Shown here piece by piece: positions 12,708 through 25,340 of a stretch of 64,000 nt of DNA. This DNA comes from Neovahlkampfia damariscottae (Eukaryota): positions 1 to 64,000 of the forward strand of contig JABLTG010000115.1 in assembly GCA_016618085.1 (NCBI GenBank), written 5' to 3'. Each line of letters opens with the position of its first letter. Position 1 is the stretch's first letter. The notes under the pieces are model-generated. The model saw only the letters and a program-made list of their open reading frames with translations. It searched no databases and was not told the origin of the DNA. Both the position numbers and the translations under genes were made by a program.

Positions 12708-14189
12708 ATGTCAAAACCACTGAAGTTGTTTACAACACCAGACGAGGCTACAAACTCTCCGGAGAGTGGAAAAAAGAAACCCAAAAAAAAAGTTCAGTTG
12801 ACTGTTGATGTTGAACCTGTTGAACATAAAACTCCGAATAAACAATATGAAATGTAAAAAAAAAAAAAAAAAATTGAACCACCTCCTTTAAAAGAACAAA
12901 AAGTGGAACTTTTAAAACAACGGATTTACAAATTGGTACGTCAGGTTTAAAAAGTGAAGATTCTGAAAACTCAGAAGAAGACTTTTTGGAATACGAAAAG
13001 ATAGCATACGAAGATTTAGAGATTAGTAAAAAAAAACTTGGAACAGGAGCTACAGCATCAGTTTATAAAGTGAAATATAACAAAAAATTATATGCTTTAA
13101 AAGTTCCTTCTTTTAACATTTTTAACATTTTTAGGTTGTTGGTCTTTATAATGATGATAGTTTATTCAGTCCAAAATTAGTTATTTCAGAAGTAAAAACA
13201 TTATACCAAAGCATGACATGTCCTTATGTTGTTAAATTTCATCAAGCTTTTCATCGAGAAGGTTCCATTCAACTCTTATTAGAATATATGGACTGCGGAA
13301 GTTTAGAAGACATTTACAAACTGACAAAAGTTGTACCAGAAGATGTACTATCAGAAATATCCTATCAAGTAAAAAAAAAAAAACTTCTAAATTTTTAATT
13401 AGTTACTCCAAGGTTTGGATTATCTTGGTGAAAAAAAAATAATTCATCGTGATATTAAACCATCCAACATTCTATTAAATCATTATGGAGAAGCTAAAAT
13501 TTCAGATTTTGGGTTGAGCAAACAGATGACAGCTTCCTTACAAGCATTTCATTCTTTTCAAGGAACTTATTTGTATATGAGTCCAGAGAGATTAAAAACA
13601 GATGATTATGGACTTGATAGTGATATATGGAGTTTAGGTCTATCAATAGCTGAATGTGCCATTGGAAAATTCCCTTATTCTTTGAAACGTAAAACATAAC
13701 AAAAAATTCATTTTTTTTTAGATTTCAATTTATGGGAGATATTAAAATATATAGAGAGTAATAAACTCATGTTGGAAGATAAAGTATCAGAAGAACTTAA
13801 AGAATTCTTATATGCCTGGTAAATCAATTTTCAATTTTTAATATTTTTTGACAGCACTAAAATTGAACCAAAAGAAAGAGCTTCCGCAAAAGAATTATTG
13901 AATTTTCCATTTATAAAAAAGTATCAATCTGAAAAACCAAGTAGAACTATAAATTGGTTGAAAGAAGTTTATATCCCTTTGAAAAAGCAAAATGAAGAAG
14001 AAAAAAAGAAATTACAACAAGAAAATATAATCAAGCGAAACTCTCAAACCCCAAGTTCAATCACTACAAAATCAGGTGTTACTATTCATAAAAGCAATGG
14101 TAAATTTATCCATAAAACATTATTTAACATTTTGAAAAGTTAATTCAGACACAAAACAATTACTGAAAGATGCTGGAATTGAATTTTAG
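12708..14189 (+). CDS. MAP kinase kinase (STE7/MEK family)
   Basis: [63 protein letters not shown]; many short introns. Confidence 0.85.
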
Positions 14190-14287
14190 TTGTAAAATAA
14201 TTTAATAAACTTTAGAAAAAAAAAATAACTCTTGTTTTGGGGATGATTTATATATTCAAATCTTTCGGAGCATCAACCAATCAAAAA

Positions 14288-15885
14288 ATGGATGAAGTAA
14301 ATACTCCTGAACCGACGATTGATGAAGATCCAGTGAAAATGTGGGAAACCTTCAGGGATAATTTGTCAATAAAAGACAGAAAATATCACTTGAAGACATA
14401 TAAAAACTGTTTTGTAGGTTCTGATGCAAGTAAAAAAAAAATAAAATTGACTAATAACTCAAAGTCACACTCCTTCAAGATTTGTTTAATATTAAAGATA
14501 GAATAGATGCAATATCCATTGGAAATGCATTTTTTGACCTAGGACTATTTCATCACGTCACAAAAGACCATAAATTAAAAGACGAATTTTTATTTTATGA
14601 ATTAAATGAAGAATTCAAAGAAAAGTGTCCTGAGGCACTTGAAAAAGTAATGTTGGATAAAAAAAAATCTATATCTTTGATAAAAGTGGAAGAAACTCAA
14701 CAGGAACAACTATCTGTTACAGAAGTTAATCCTGATATTTTTCCAAAAATGGTTACAAGCTCTGGTGAATCAATTTATGATTTAAACAAAAAAGGATGGA
14801 AAGTATTATTATTATTTCCATCGTCAATAGGATGTCCTTATTGTCAAGGCACAATGGAAGATGTTTACAACCTTTATGAACAATTATTGAAGTTAAACGC
14901 ATTACCAGTTATTTGTCATGAAGAATCGGATGATTTGTATCATAAATTTATAAATACAAATGATAGAACAAAAAAATATGCAAAGTTTCTTCATATTCAA
15001 AGAAATGAGTTCAAAAATGATTTTTTATTGGAGAAAGAAAATCAATTCATCAAATTGTTTACTGCAGCCAAAAGAGGAGTTGCTGAGCTCATAAGATTAA
15101 AAGGTGTTGGTGTTAAAAAAGTCAGAGAGTAATTGAATTCATCAATATTTACAATTTTTACATTAGTGTTGTGATTCCAGAAGCAAATGAAACACTTGCT
15201 GCTTGTTTTGTAATTAAAGATTCAAAAATTGTTTCTGAATATCGAAAAGAACATAAATATCAAAGATTTGATGTTGCTAGAATTGTTATTGACACGTATT
15301 AAATTTGTTCAATATTCTCATTTTTTTAGAGACGGTTTTGGAATTGAAATTCATACCTCAGTATTTGAGTGTGAAATACCAAAAAAAAGTGAAAATAAAA
15401 TTGAAAAATTGAAACAAAAAACAAGTTTATTAAACAAAAGTTTCTTGAAGCAACGAAAATCAATTGATGAAATTAGTGAAATGGAAATAGGTTTAAAAGA
15501 AGTTTTAGAAAATCCAAAATATCTTTCATTCTTCAAACTGTTTTCTACAACTGAATATAATGTTGAGAATATTATCTTTTATGAAGAAATTATATTTTTG
15601 AAAAAGTCAAAAAAAAATGAAATTGAAAACAGATGCAGAATGATTTTTGAAACTTTTTTGACCAGAGAATCAATCTATGAAATCAATACAAATTCAGTGT
15701 TGATTAATCAAGTCTATGATAAACTGGAAAAAGGAGAGTTTGAAATTGATATTTTTGACGACATTTTGAAAGATTTAAAAAATAGTGTATTTAGGGATAT
15801 GTTCACTCGATTTGTTACTTCTGATTATTTTCATCAAATGAAAACTAAAAAGAGAAAGAAAAATAATTATTTGTTGTATAAATAA
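14288..15885 (+). CDS. DEP + thioredoxin-like (AhpC/TSA-type, CPYC) + RGS domain protein
   Basis: IKDRKYHLKTYKNCFVGS...FHHVT..H..KDEFLFY (DEP); IGCPYCQ; EVLENP...F..F...EYNVENIIFYEE...IYEIN...DMFTRF (RGS). Confidence 0.8.
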
Positions 15886-15920
15886 AAGGTTGATTTTTTC
15901 CATCCAATCATTAAGAGAGA

Positions 15921-17444
15921 ATGAAATCATTTGTTGTTGTTGCTCTCATTGCTGTTGTGATTGGATATGTTTATTTTGGCGGAACTGGAAAATCTACTGA
16001 ACCTTTATTCAAATATGATCCTAAATTCAACCAACTCATCGCTGAAAAAATAAAAAAAAATTCAAAAAAAACAGGAAAAATAAAAGTTGGAATAATCGGA
16101 GGAGGAATTGTAAGAATTTAAAAAATTAAAAAAAAATGAAAGGCAGGAACTTCGAATTCTATGTTCTTGAAAGACTTTTTTCAAGATGATATCAATATTA
16201 AAATATTTGAAAAACTTGATCGGTTAGGAGGAAGAACTTGGTCTTTTAAATTACCAGATGGAACAAATATCGATATTGGAGGTACTTCCATCGTTGAACA
16301 AAACAGATACGCAATGGAATTCAAAGATAAGTTCAAAATGGATTTTGCAGATGGACCTGAAGGTGTATCACTCTCCATTTGGGATAACCTGTCAAAAAAA
16401 TTAATGTTTGAAGAAAAAAGTGGTTTCTTATCAGATTTAAAAAATCTTTACACTGTTTTAAAGAACTACAATATTTTTGGTCCTTTTAAAACAAATAATG
16501 TTATCAATGGTGAAGTTTGGAAAATTATGAAAGTTTATGAACAACAAGATAATTTAATGACTTGGAATTCACCATGGGAAATGTTTGAAAGTGTTGGATT
16601 GACAAATTTAATGAAAATAACTTTAAATAATTATTTTATCAAAACAAATATGATGCATAGTCAATTTGCAAAAGATTTTGTAGTTCCAATCTGTTTGAAT
16701 AATTATCTTCAAAATTCATCAATTTCTGCATTTGGTGGTTTGATATCAAGTGTTGCTTTAGTTTCAAATTTTCATAGATTTCAAAAAGGCGCAGATGGAT
16801 TTGCAAAAAATTTAGCAAAAAATTCAACAGCAGAAATCTCATTAAATACTGTTGTTAAAACCATAAAAAAAGATAAAAATGGAATAATTGTTGAATCAAA
16901 ATCATGTGAAGAATGTAAAATAAAATCAGAAACATTTGATAAAATTGTATTGGCTTCACCATTGGAACTTTCAAATATCGAGTTCATTGGGTTTGATTTT
17001 AAAGTGAAACACAAACTTGAATTCCGTCAAACACATGTCACATTTGTTAAAGGGTATTTGAAAGAAGAATTATTTGGTTTGGATTCATCAATAAATTTTC
17101 ATGATGTTTTGTTCAATGAAAATGGAAATCCAGATTACATTAGTTTTTCTGTTGAAGAAGTTTATGATGATCATAACTTGTATAAAGTTTTTTCAACTTC
17201 TGAAAGAAGTGATGAATTTATCAATCATTATTTTACAAAAGTATCATGGAAATTCAAACATTGGTTTTATGCTTATCCAATGTTAAAACCAATTTCAAAA
17301 GATGAAATTCAACCTTCAAAATTGGATGAAAATCTTTATTATATCAATTCAATGGAAGCTGTTGTTTCTACAATGGAAACTGAAATGTTGAGCAGTAAAA
17401 ATATTGCTTTGTTATTAGCAAAAGATTGGTATGGAAAAGAATAA
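15921..17444 (+). CDS. PCYOX1: Prenylcysteine oxidase/lyase (FAD-dependent)
   Basis: VGIIGGGI|AG FAD motif, FEK.DRLGGR, NYLQ, WFYAYP, LYYINSMEAVVSTMETEMLSSKNIALL. Confidence 0.85.
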
Positions 17445-17446
17445 GA

Positions 17447-17761
17447 TTAAAACTTTAATTTACCGATTATTAACTCCCACATCATTTTGAAATTTGCTAA
17501 AATTGCGTAGTCCAAATAATCAATTGTTTTTGGAGGATAATTTTCATAAAAATAATGACCTGCGTTTGCAACTATGAACGCAATTACGAATGGGAAAAAT
17601 AATGAAGCTGAAACAACCCTTTTCCTAATCATCAAAAATAACATGGTCAATAGAGCAAATACATTTCCAACAAAATGAACGATTTTGTTGTTGGTGTTTT
17701 GATGGTCGCTCAAAAAAACTTGGTAGAATTCTTCAAAATTCTTGAAGGTAAAGTCATGCAT
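17447..17761 (-). CDS. DUF962/Mpo1-like small membrane protein
   Basis: FEEFY..FLSDHQN..N..VHFVG, GHYFYENYPP.T..Y....ANFKMMWE. Confidence 0.8.
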   Translation of the reverse strand: MHDFTFKNFEEFYQVFLSDHQNTNNKIVHFVGNVFALLTMLFLMIRKRVVSASLFFPFVIAFIVANAGHYFYENYPPKTIDYLDYAILANFKMMWELIIGKLKF

Positions 17762-17835
17762 TTCTGTAGAGAAAAATAAGACTGTGATCCACCAATGAAA
17801 TCAAACACAAAAATATCTCTTTTGAAACTTTTAAT

Positions 17836-19484
17836 TTAAATATTTGAAGAAAGTTCTTCGATGACTTTAAATAAGAATTGATATGTTAAAGGAACACTCG
17901 AAATTAAAACTTTTTCTTCTGGTGTGTGAGCATTTCTTTCTAAAGGACCAATGGATATCATTTCTAAACCTGGATATTTTGATTCAACTGTTTACATTTA
18001 ACTGAAAAATTGAACTTACTAACACCTGGCTCCAATCCTGCGTGGAGTGCTGTTAATGTAGGTTTTTCATCAAAAACTTGTTTGAATTTCTCCTTTGAAA
18101 TTTTTAACAAATTTGATTTCAAATCTGGTTTCCAACCTAACATGTTTTGTTAGATCTTTTTTTGATTACCTGGATATCTAGAAAATATCTTATAGTGAGC
18201 ACCTAACATATCCATTAAACTTATTTTGGTAGCTAAAGTATTATTTAATGCAGATTGAACAGAACTTCTGATATTCGAACCAATCACAAAATTATCATTT
18301 TCGACTTTGATAAATGCCAAATTTGCACTTGTTTGAACAGTATTTGGTAAATCGGGATCCATTGAAATCACACCTGTTGGGTATACTTGTAATACATTTC
18401 TAATCTTCATTTCATCTTTTTTCTTTACCACTTTATATGATCTTGATTTAAGAGATTTTTGGATTGAAAAATCAATATTTGGATCAGAGCCTTTAAATTC
18501 CAATTGAATTTTCTTCATTGACTCCTTAATCATTGAATATACTGAATTTTCATTTTTAGGATCCATTGAAAAATCCATACTTCCTTCTCTTGCGATTGAG
18601 TTATGAACAGTTCCCGAATTTAATTCAATCAATCTGATGAAATCTTTGTCAATTTTTGTGATTGTATTCAGTATTCTAGTGATAATTTTGATGGAATTTG
18701 CTCTTTGTTTGTTGATATCCATTCCAGAATGACCTCCTAATAAATTAAACAATTTAAATGTATATCTTTGATGCGAAGAAGGAGGTAGTTCAAAAGATGG
18801 CTTAAAAGTGCTATCAATTTTTACACCACCTGCACTTCCTACAGTAATGCCTTCATCTAAGGAAGAGTCAATGTTAATAAGATATTTTCCAGTTAACAAA
18901 TCAGGTGAAAGGTTCAATGCACCTTGTAAACCTAATTCCTCTTCAACTGTGAATAAAAGTTCTAAAGGAGAATGTTTCAAATTTCTATCTATACCTAACA
19001 ATAAAGAATTTACAACACCCATTCCATCATCAGCTCCAAGTGTTGTATGATTTCCTTTGATCCATTTTTTTGTGTTATCTCTTATTAATTGAATTGGGTC
19101 TTTTGTAAAATCATGATTTGTTCCTTCATTTTTTTCACATACCATATCTAAATGTGATTGAACTATTATAGCAGGTTTTTTTTCAAATCCTTTTGTGGCA
19201 GGAACTTTAACAAGTAAATTACCAGCTTTGTCAATTTTTGTTTCAAAATTAAAAGTTTTGGCATATTTTTCCACAATATAATTTCTAACTTTGGCTTCAT
19301 TTTTTGGACATCTTGGAATACAAGAAATATCATAAAAGAAACTCTTTGTTTTTAATATTTTGTTTTCTTATACCCAAAGCTGTTTCGGTTCTAGACTTTG
19401 AATAGCATCTCTACTTGCTCTACATTCAAGAGAATATGAAGTCAAAAAAAATGTGAAGATAAAAAACAAAACTGACGTTTGCAT
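17836..19484 (-). CDS. pepD: Aminoacyl-histidine dipeptidase (PepD-like, peptidase M20) with predicted signal peptide
   Basis: IPRCPKNE, QSHLDMVCEK, TTLGADDGMG, FTVEEELGL, GGHSGMDI, HAGLE, SIGP, HTPEE; hydrophobic N-terminal leader; 3 short introns. Confidence 0.85.
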
Positions 19485-19600
19485 TGTTAATCCACCAATC
19501 AAATGTTGATCAATTGTTTTGGATGAAGGAAAAACATTGAACATTTTTATTGGATGAATACTCTTATATATTCACCAGAACCACAGAAATCTTCAAAAAA

Positions 19601-22600
19601 ATGAAAATTCTTGTTTTATTATCGATATCATTGATAATCATTGCTCAAGAACAACCTCAATCAATTATTGTAACAAATCCAAATGAAATAACAAAGAAAA
19701 TTCCTTTGAATATTATTCATTTGTTGCCTTCAAATTTACTTCTTCAAAATAGACAAGCAATTACAATCGTTTATAATCGAGCTGTTATACCTATTGGAAG
19801 TGATTTTGGACAAAACTACACCAAAAAAGAAAATTTACCATTTAGAATTGGATGTAATGTTCCTGGAAAGTATCATTGGGTGACAACATCAATTTTTAGA
19901 TTTGATCCTGATATAGATTGGCCAACAGATTTGTCTTGTCCTTTATTGATAGATGAAGAAATTGAAACATTTGATGGAAATAAATTAATGAATGACATAC
20001 CAAAAAGAAACTATTATACTCCAAAATTGACCATGAAAATTCAAAATGTTGTTTCGAAAATGGCTCAAAACGTAACTGGAAATAATTGGGATGCTGATAT
20101 ATCCAATCATGATGGACCTGAAATACCACCAGATTCAACAGTAGAGTTATACTTTAATAATCCAATTTCAATTGAAAAAATCAAGAACAATTTGATAATC
20201 AAAAGAAAATCCACCAATGAAGTTGTATCTAAAAATTTACACATGAAAGATTGTTCTGTTGGATCAAATTGTATTCAAATTTCAATTCCATCAAACTTAA
20301 AAAATTATGACATGTATACATTCGAACTTCCAAAAGGAATTTCATATCATTCATTATCTGATGAATTAACAGAAACATTGATAAATAGTTTTCGAAGTTT
20401 ATTAGAATTCAAATTTTATTTCAAAAAGAATACAAATGTCAGATTTAATAGATGGAATTTATGGTTAATTCATGGTTTATCAAAAGATTCCTCATTAGAT
20501 GTCTTATCAACGTTCATTAAGATTAAACCTACATCTAAATTTGTTTTGAAGAAATTAAATGAAGGAATGATTCAAATCTGTGGTAGTTTTCTTCCAAATA
20601 AGGAATATCAAATTGAAATAGATTCCACGGATCAAATTCATGATGGATTTGGATTACCCTTAAAATCATCATCTTCGAAATTCTTCACTGGCTCATATTC
20701 TGATTTCATGGAAATTCCAAATGAAGATTTTGTTTCATTCACTGAAACACCAGATATTTGGAAAGCATTTGTCAGAAAAGGAAGTAAAAATCAAATCAAT
20801 TTTTACAATATTGACGATTCCAATTTGAAATCAATTTTTTCAATTTATCAAAGTGGAATTGATTCGAAACCATTGAAATCTATTTTACCGTCAAATAATC
20901 ATTCAATGTTGATCCCAGCCTTCAATTCAAATGATTTTTTGTTGAACTCAGGTATTTTTCTTTCTGAAAAGATTACATCAAATCCATATGGTTCCTACAA
21001 GAATTATCACTTTGTTAATGAAGCTCCTTTCATAGTGAATTTTATTTCCTTACAATTTGGAAAATTAATTGTTTGGGTGGTGAGTTCAACAGGCTTTGAT
21101 GATATTGAAAATGCAAAAATTACAATATTCAGAAATGGAGAAATATTACAAGAGAAAATTACAGGAAAACAAGGAATTGCTGAATTTGATGAGATTTATT
21201 CAGACAATGGATCCATTTCTGCAATAGTTTCATTGAATGAAAATGTTGTTTTAATTCGTTATCTTAATGTTGCTTACTCAACAAGAAAACAAATTGTTCA
21301 AACAACATACATGATTTCAGATCGTCAAATTTATAATTTAGGAGATTTCATTCATGTCAAAGGTTATCTTAGAGAATATGACGAAAATACACTTGAAATG
21401 AAAATTCCAAAGGGTGATGTTCTTGTTGAATTAATTCCAAGTTTTGATAAACATTCAAAATTTTCACATTTAGATCCTGAATTTGGATCATTTTATGCTA
21501 AATTTAGAATTCCATTAAATGCTACCTTTGGACCTCAATCTATAAGAACTGGGAATTATAACTCTTACATCAGTTTTGTAATAGCTGATCCTAGATTACC
21601 TACTGCTGAAATATCAATAGATTCATCAAAACAATTCATTAGTCTTGATTCATCCATCAGATTAGATATCACAGCATCCACCTACACTGGTAATGGAATT
21701 GAAAATTATCCAATAACAATCAGATGGATTATTTACAAGCCAACATATTGTCCATTTCAATATGGAATCGATTTTGGTAGATCATTAATTTGTAAACCAA
21801 GAGAAGTTGTATATGAAGACCAAAAAGAATTTAAAACAGGCCATAATGGTTTAATCACTTTTGATTATTCATTACCAAACCATCAAAATATTACATTTGA
21901 TAGAATTTTAGAAATTGAAATTGAAATAAAATCAATCACTAGAGAAATAATTAAAAAGAAAATTTCGATACCTATTCAACCTTCAAATTGGAAAATTGAT
22001 GCAATTCCTTCCAACAATGATCCAATTCCTGGATACAAATTTTATTTTTCAACTTCAGTACATGATTTAAATGGTAAATTGATCCCTGGAATTCCCATTG
22101 ATTCTATTCTTTATGAATGGAATGGTATTACTCCTGTTTTTGATTTGAAAGGAAAATTAGTATTAAAAAATCCACCATTACAATCCTGTTCAAGTAGATC
22201 AACTTCAGAAAATGAATTTGATTGTTCATTCAAATTAGAAAAACCATCAAAATATATCATTATATCTTCTTCAACGGATTCTTTTGGAAATAAGATACAT
22301 TCACAAACACCTATTGGAAAAACAGAAGAAGAATGGGAAAATAATAAATTGAACAGAATTTCATCAATTAATTTCAAAACTGATAAAAATGAATATGTAG
22401 TAGGTGATGTGGCAACAATCAATTTTGAAAATCCATTTAAAAAAGGAGTATTATTTTGGGTGATCAATAACAATCAAATATCAGAAAATAACAAAAAAAT
22501 TGTTGAATTAGGTCTTCAATCCATTAAAGTTCCAATTGCAAAAAAATATAAAAATGGATTTATCATTACTTTTATTTTGTATTCACCTGAAAATGAAGGA

Positions 22601-25336
22601 TTAGATTTGAAAATTCGTGTTCCAATATCAAAAGTTTATGATCCATTTGCACCACAATCAATCAAACAACAAATGACAATCAATGTTGTAAATGACAAAA
22701 AACCAATTGAAATTTCAATCAAACCCGAATCTGATATCTTTAAACCAAGGTCCAAAGTTCATATAACAATTGATTTACAAGATGGAATTTCAAAGAAACC
22801 TATTGGTGGTGAGATTACTTATTGGCTTGTTGACAAATCAATTTTAGATTTGAAACCAAATATTATTGAAAAGGGAGATATTTTCAAAAGAAATCAATAT
22901 TTTTACAATTCCATTACTACTTCTGTTGACTCATTTTCTTCAAAAAATATTTATCAAAGAACATTTCAAACATTGAAAAGAAGATTTGAAAAAGATGGTT
23001 ATATAACACAATCATGGCCTTTGAATGGATTTGCATGGGATTTAGATATTTCTGATGAAGAATTCTTTAAAAGATATTTCACTTTACTCACAGAGTACAG
23101 AAAAAAATATGAAGAAGAACCAATAAGATATTTAGAAGATGGCAGTTCATCAAGTCCAAGAATGGCCTTTGAAAAAGCAGATGGAGTCCAGTCAGTCAAC
23201 ACTCCAAAAGCTTCTTCAACAGATTCATCTACTGAACAAGATTTTTTGAGATCATTGTTTTCAATCACTCCAGTGTTTGTTGATCATGCAATTATAAATT
23301 CAACTGGTTCTTTAGATATTTCATTTGATATTCCAGATAATGTTGGATCATATATTTTCAATGTAATGGCAATTAATCAAAATATGTATGGATATGAAAA
23401 TGAAACCATCATTGCAAGAAAAGATGTCAATCTAAACCCATCAATCCCAAGATTCGTTCGAATTGGTGATGAATTTAACTCTGGTTGTTCTGTAACTTTG
23501 TCAGATGGTGAAGAAGGATCTTATCAAATCAGAGCTTCATTATCAGAAGAAAGTGGAAAATTCTTGAAATTTGAAGATGACATATCAACTAAAAAAATCA
23601 TATTAAAAAAGAATGAGCCTCAAGAAGTAACGTTTCCAATGATGGCTATTGGAATAGGAGAAGCAAAATTAATTTATGAAATCATTGGTGCTTCCAATGA
23701 CGCAATTGAAGTTTCACTTCCAGTCTTAGGAATTCAAGAACCTGTATTTGTTGCATCTAGTTTTTCTTTAATAGGAGATGATTCCAGAAAAGAACAATTA
23801 TCACCTGTAGAATCATTTTCGGATTATCAATTGAATATCACATCTGGAGTAGGAAAATTACCTTCAATGCTTGTATTGTCTCAACAAATTCTGGATTCAT
23901 CATCAAATAACTTTTATTTAGATTATCCTTATTGTATTCCAGATGCTTATTTTTCATTGTTGGTTCCATATTTGGTTTCAGTGATGTATCCTGATGCAGT
24001 GGAAAAAACTTATTCTTTAAATTCTAAGAAGTTATATTCACAGACTCTTGAAAAATTAAGGAAATGTACACATCCACAATATGGTTTACAATATGGTTTA
24101 GAGAGAGATATCAATAGAAATCCAGAATATAACTCTCATTTGAATTCTATTGGTCTTTATTTTTCAAAAAAGTTAAACGAGAATGATGTCTCATTGCCAA
24201 CAGATTTGGTTAATATTTGGAAGGATTCTTTAATTGCTGGTTTGAAACACAATGATAAGATTTCTTTAAATACCATTGCGTTATCCAATTATGTGTTAAA
24301 AGATAAATGGAAACCAAATGAAAATCAAAATACTGATTATTTGTTGAAGCATCAAAGTGAATTAAATGTCGGAGGAAAATCATCACTTGTGATTTCATTG
24401 CTTTTAAAAACACCAGGATCTTCAGAATCCAAAGAAATCAAAGAAATATTGAAATCGATTATTGATTCATTTCGTATTCAAGGAAGAACAGCATATCTTG
24501 CTACTAGTCCAGGATCTCAATTTGTTTCAAATATTATAAGTTCATCACTTGCTATTGACATGTTTGTAGTATTAAAATATGAAAGTCCTTTACTTGAAAA
24601 AATGTCAAACTATCTTGGTAATTATTACTCCAGTGATATTGGATTTAACATTCTTGCATTGAATACTTATGATAAATACAGAGGAAATGATAATCCAAAT
24701 TTAAACTTAGTGGTGAACTTGGGAACTATGAAGATAATTGAAAAGAAATTTGATGATAAAAGTGAATTAATTTCATCAAAAACATTCTCTTTACCTTCAA
24801 CTCTTTCAAATGAAACTCTACAATTCATGTCAACAGGAAAAGGTGAAGTTTCAATTGCAGTAGGTTTATTATTTGAACCTAAATTGTTAAATATCAACCC
24901 TATATATGGTGGATTTTTAGTTGAAAAAGCTATTCGTTTGGTGGACCCATTGACAAAAGAATCATATGGTCCTTCAATTTCAAATGCAAAACCTGGCTCA
25001 TTAGTTTCAATTGTCATTCAAATTACCTCAACAGATGATATCTTTGAAAACATAAAAATCGTTGATCGATTACCTGGTTGTATTGAAGCTATTGATCCAA
25101 ATATTGAAGATACTGTTGATTTACTGAAAGAATTTCCAATAACAGTACCAGGTCAATATAAAAAAGACAAAGTTACTTTTGTATTGAGAGGAATGAATGC
25201 TGGAATGAGAGTTATTGAATACAAAGGATTTGTTGTTTCAAGTGGAATGTTTGTCGTTCCACCAACAAAAGTTGAAATCATTTCACAACCTGAAGTCTTA
25301 GGATTAAGTGCAAGTGATCATTTTGTATCAGAATAA
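19601..25336 (+). CDS. Bacterial-type alpha-2-macroglobulin-like secreted protein (~1910 aa)
   Basis: Signal peptide; SDRQIYNLGD.IHVKGYLR (MG2), DKNEYVVGD.A, YWLVDKSILDL, LRSLF, PDNVGSY, PRFVRIGD, IVDRLPGCIEAID, GMFVVPPTKVE...PEVLG; single exon. Confidence 0.85.
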   Translation: MKILVLLSISLIIIAQEQPQSIIVTNPNEITKKIPLNIIHLLPSNLLLQNRQAITIVYNRAVIPIGSDFGQNYTKKENLPFRIGCNVPGKYHWVTTSIFRFDPDIDWPTDLSCPLLIDEEIETFDGNKLMNDIPKRNYYTPKLTMKIQNVVSKMAQNVTGNNWDADISNHDGPEIPPDSTVELYFNNPISIEKIKNNLIIKRKSTNEVVSKNLHMKDCSVGSNCIQISIPSNLKNYDMYTFELPKGISYHSLSDELTETLINSFRSLLEFKFYFKKNTNVRFNRWNLWLIHGLSKDSSLDVLSTFIKIKPTSKFVLKKLNEGMIQICGSFLPNKEYQIEIDSTDQIHDGFGLPLKSSSSKFFTGSYSDFMEIPNEDFVSFTETPDIWKAFVRKGSKNQINFYNIDDSNLKSIFSIYQSGIDSKPLKSILPSNNHSMLIPAFNSNDFLLNSGIFLSEKITSNPYGSYKNYHFVNEAPFIVNFISLQFGKLIVWVVSSTGFDDIENAKITIFRNGEILQEKITGKQGIAEFDEIYSDNGSISAIVSLNENVVLIRYLNVAYSTRKQIVQTTYMISDRQIYNLGDFIHVKGYLREYDENTLEMKIPKGDVLVELIPSFDKHSKFSHLDPEFGSFYAKFRIPLNATFGPQSIRTGNYNSYISFVIADPRLPTAEISIDSSKQFISLDSSIRLDITASTYTGNGIENYPITIRWIIYKPTYCPFQYGIDFGRSLICKPREVVYEDQKEFKTGHNGLITFDYSLPNHQNITFDRILEIEIEIKSITREIIKKKISIPIQPSNWKIDAIPSNNDPIPGYKFYFSTSVHDLNGKLIPGIPIDSILYEWNGITPVFDLKGKLVLKNPPLQSCSSRSTSENEFDCSFKLEKPSKYIIISSSTDSFGNKIHSQTPIGKTEEEWENNKLNRISSINFKTDKNEYVVGDVATINFENPFKKGVLFWVINNNQISENNKKIVELGLQSIKVPIAKKYKNGFIITFILYSPENEGLDLKIRVPISKVYDPFAPQSIKQQMTINVVNDKKPIEISIKPESDIFKPRSKVHITIDLQDGISKKPIGGEITYWLVDKSILDLKPNIIEKGDIFKRNQYFYNSITTSVDSFSSKNIYQRTFQTLKRRFEKDGYITQSWPLNGFAWDLDISDEEFFKRYFTLLTEYRKKYEEEPIRYLEDGSSSSPRMAFEKADGVQSVNTPKASSTDSSTEQDFLRSLFSITPVFVDHAIINSTGSLDISFDIPDNVGSYIFNVMAINQNMYGYENETIIARKDVNLNPSIPRFVRIGDEFNSGCSVTLSDGEEGSYQIRASLSEESGKFLKFEDDISTKKIILKKNEPQEVTFPMMAIGIGEAKLIYEIIGASNDAIEVSLPVLGIQEPVFVASSFSLIGDDSRKEQLSPVESFSDYQLNITSGVGKLPSMLVLSQQILDSSSNNFYLDYPYCIPDAYFSLLVPYLVSVMYPDAVEKTYSLNSKKLYSQTLEKLRKCTHPQYGLQYGLERDINRNPEYNSHLNSIGLYFSKKLNENDVSLPTDLVNIWKDSLIAGLKHNDKISLNTIALSNYVLKDKWKPNENQNTDYLLKHQSELNVGGKSSLVISLLLKTPGSSESKEIKEILKSIIDSFRIQGRTAYLATSPGSQFVSNIISSSLAIDMFVVLKYESPLLEKMSNYLGNYYSSDIGFNILALNTYDKYRGNDNPNLNLVVNLGTMKIIEKKFDDKSELISSKTFSLPSTLSNETLQFMSTGKGEVSIAVGLLFEPKLLNINPIYGGFLVEKAIRLVDPLTKESYGPSISNAKPGSLVSIVIQITSTDDIFENIKIVDRLPGCIEAIDPNIEDTVDLLKEFPITVPGQYKKDKVTFVLRGMNAGMRVIEYKGFVVSSGMFVVPPTKVEIISQPEVLGLSASDHFVSE

Positions 25337-25340
25337 AATC

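Noticed and set aside
19896..25017. Several antisense ORFs inside the A2M gene, and similar shadow ORFs elsewhere
   Set aside because: Short, motif-less ORFs expected opposite AT-rich coding sequence
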